Origin: Bdellovibrionia bacterium
GTDB taxonomy: Bacteria; Bdellovibrionota; UBA1018
Direction: 5' to 3'
DNA: 38,007 nucleotides
Assembly (NCBI GenBank): GCA_049424145.1
Contig: JBMSSC010000009.1
Span: 1-38,007 of the forward strand
The first letter of the stretch is position 1. Each line of letters opens with the position of its first letter. Below the pieces are notes generated by a model. That model did not search any database. It saw only the letters and a list, made by a program, of their open reading frames with translations, and was not told the DNA's origin. This document shows, one piece after another, positions 38,007-38,007 of the stretch. The position numbers and the translations under genes were made by a program.

Positions 38007-38007
38007 T

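Overview
This is a ~50% GC bacterial chromosomal window of housekeeping and envelope genes. Gene content and order (Tgl/PilF-like TPR lipoprotein plus RodZ, split transketolase, SMC, stand-alone cNMP-binding protein, secreted peptidases) fit a deltaproteobacteria-like or Bdellovibrionota-type organism; this is inference only. From left to right it holds: a clostripain-like peptidase cut off by the window start (missing from the ORF track), a short RecQ, a surface-glycan/LPS cluster (UPF0104 membrane protein, GATase, three GT2-type enzymes, ugd, GT9) interrupted by a secreted M3 peptidase, a small secreted His/Lys/Ala-Pro protein, a hypothetical gene, carA, pyrC, lepA, an RlmD-like methyltransferase, the TPR lipoprotein, rodZ, lptF-like, a WcaJ-like priming transferase, pepA, asnS, the cNMP protein, split transketolase, an MFS transporter, a cysteine-free DipZ-like protein, queG, rimO, yajQ, lolA and a 5'-truncated smc. 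I found no tRNA, rRNA, IS, prophage or CRISPR. The most notable non-genic signal is three perfect, co-oriented DnaA boxes (each in the 13-mer AAGTTATCCACAC) around an AT-rich spacer between two convergent genes. There is no dnaA nearby and no apparent GC-skew inversion, so it is a candidate datA/DARS-like replication-control locus rather than oriC. I cannot demonstrate a wholly new multi-gene system here; the findings below are leads.
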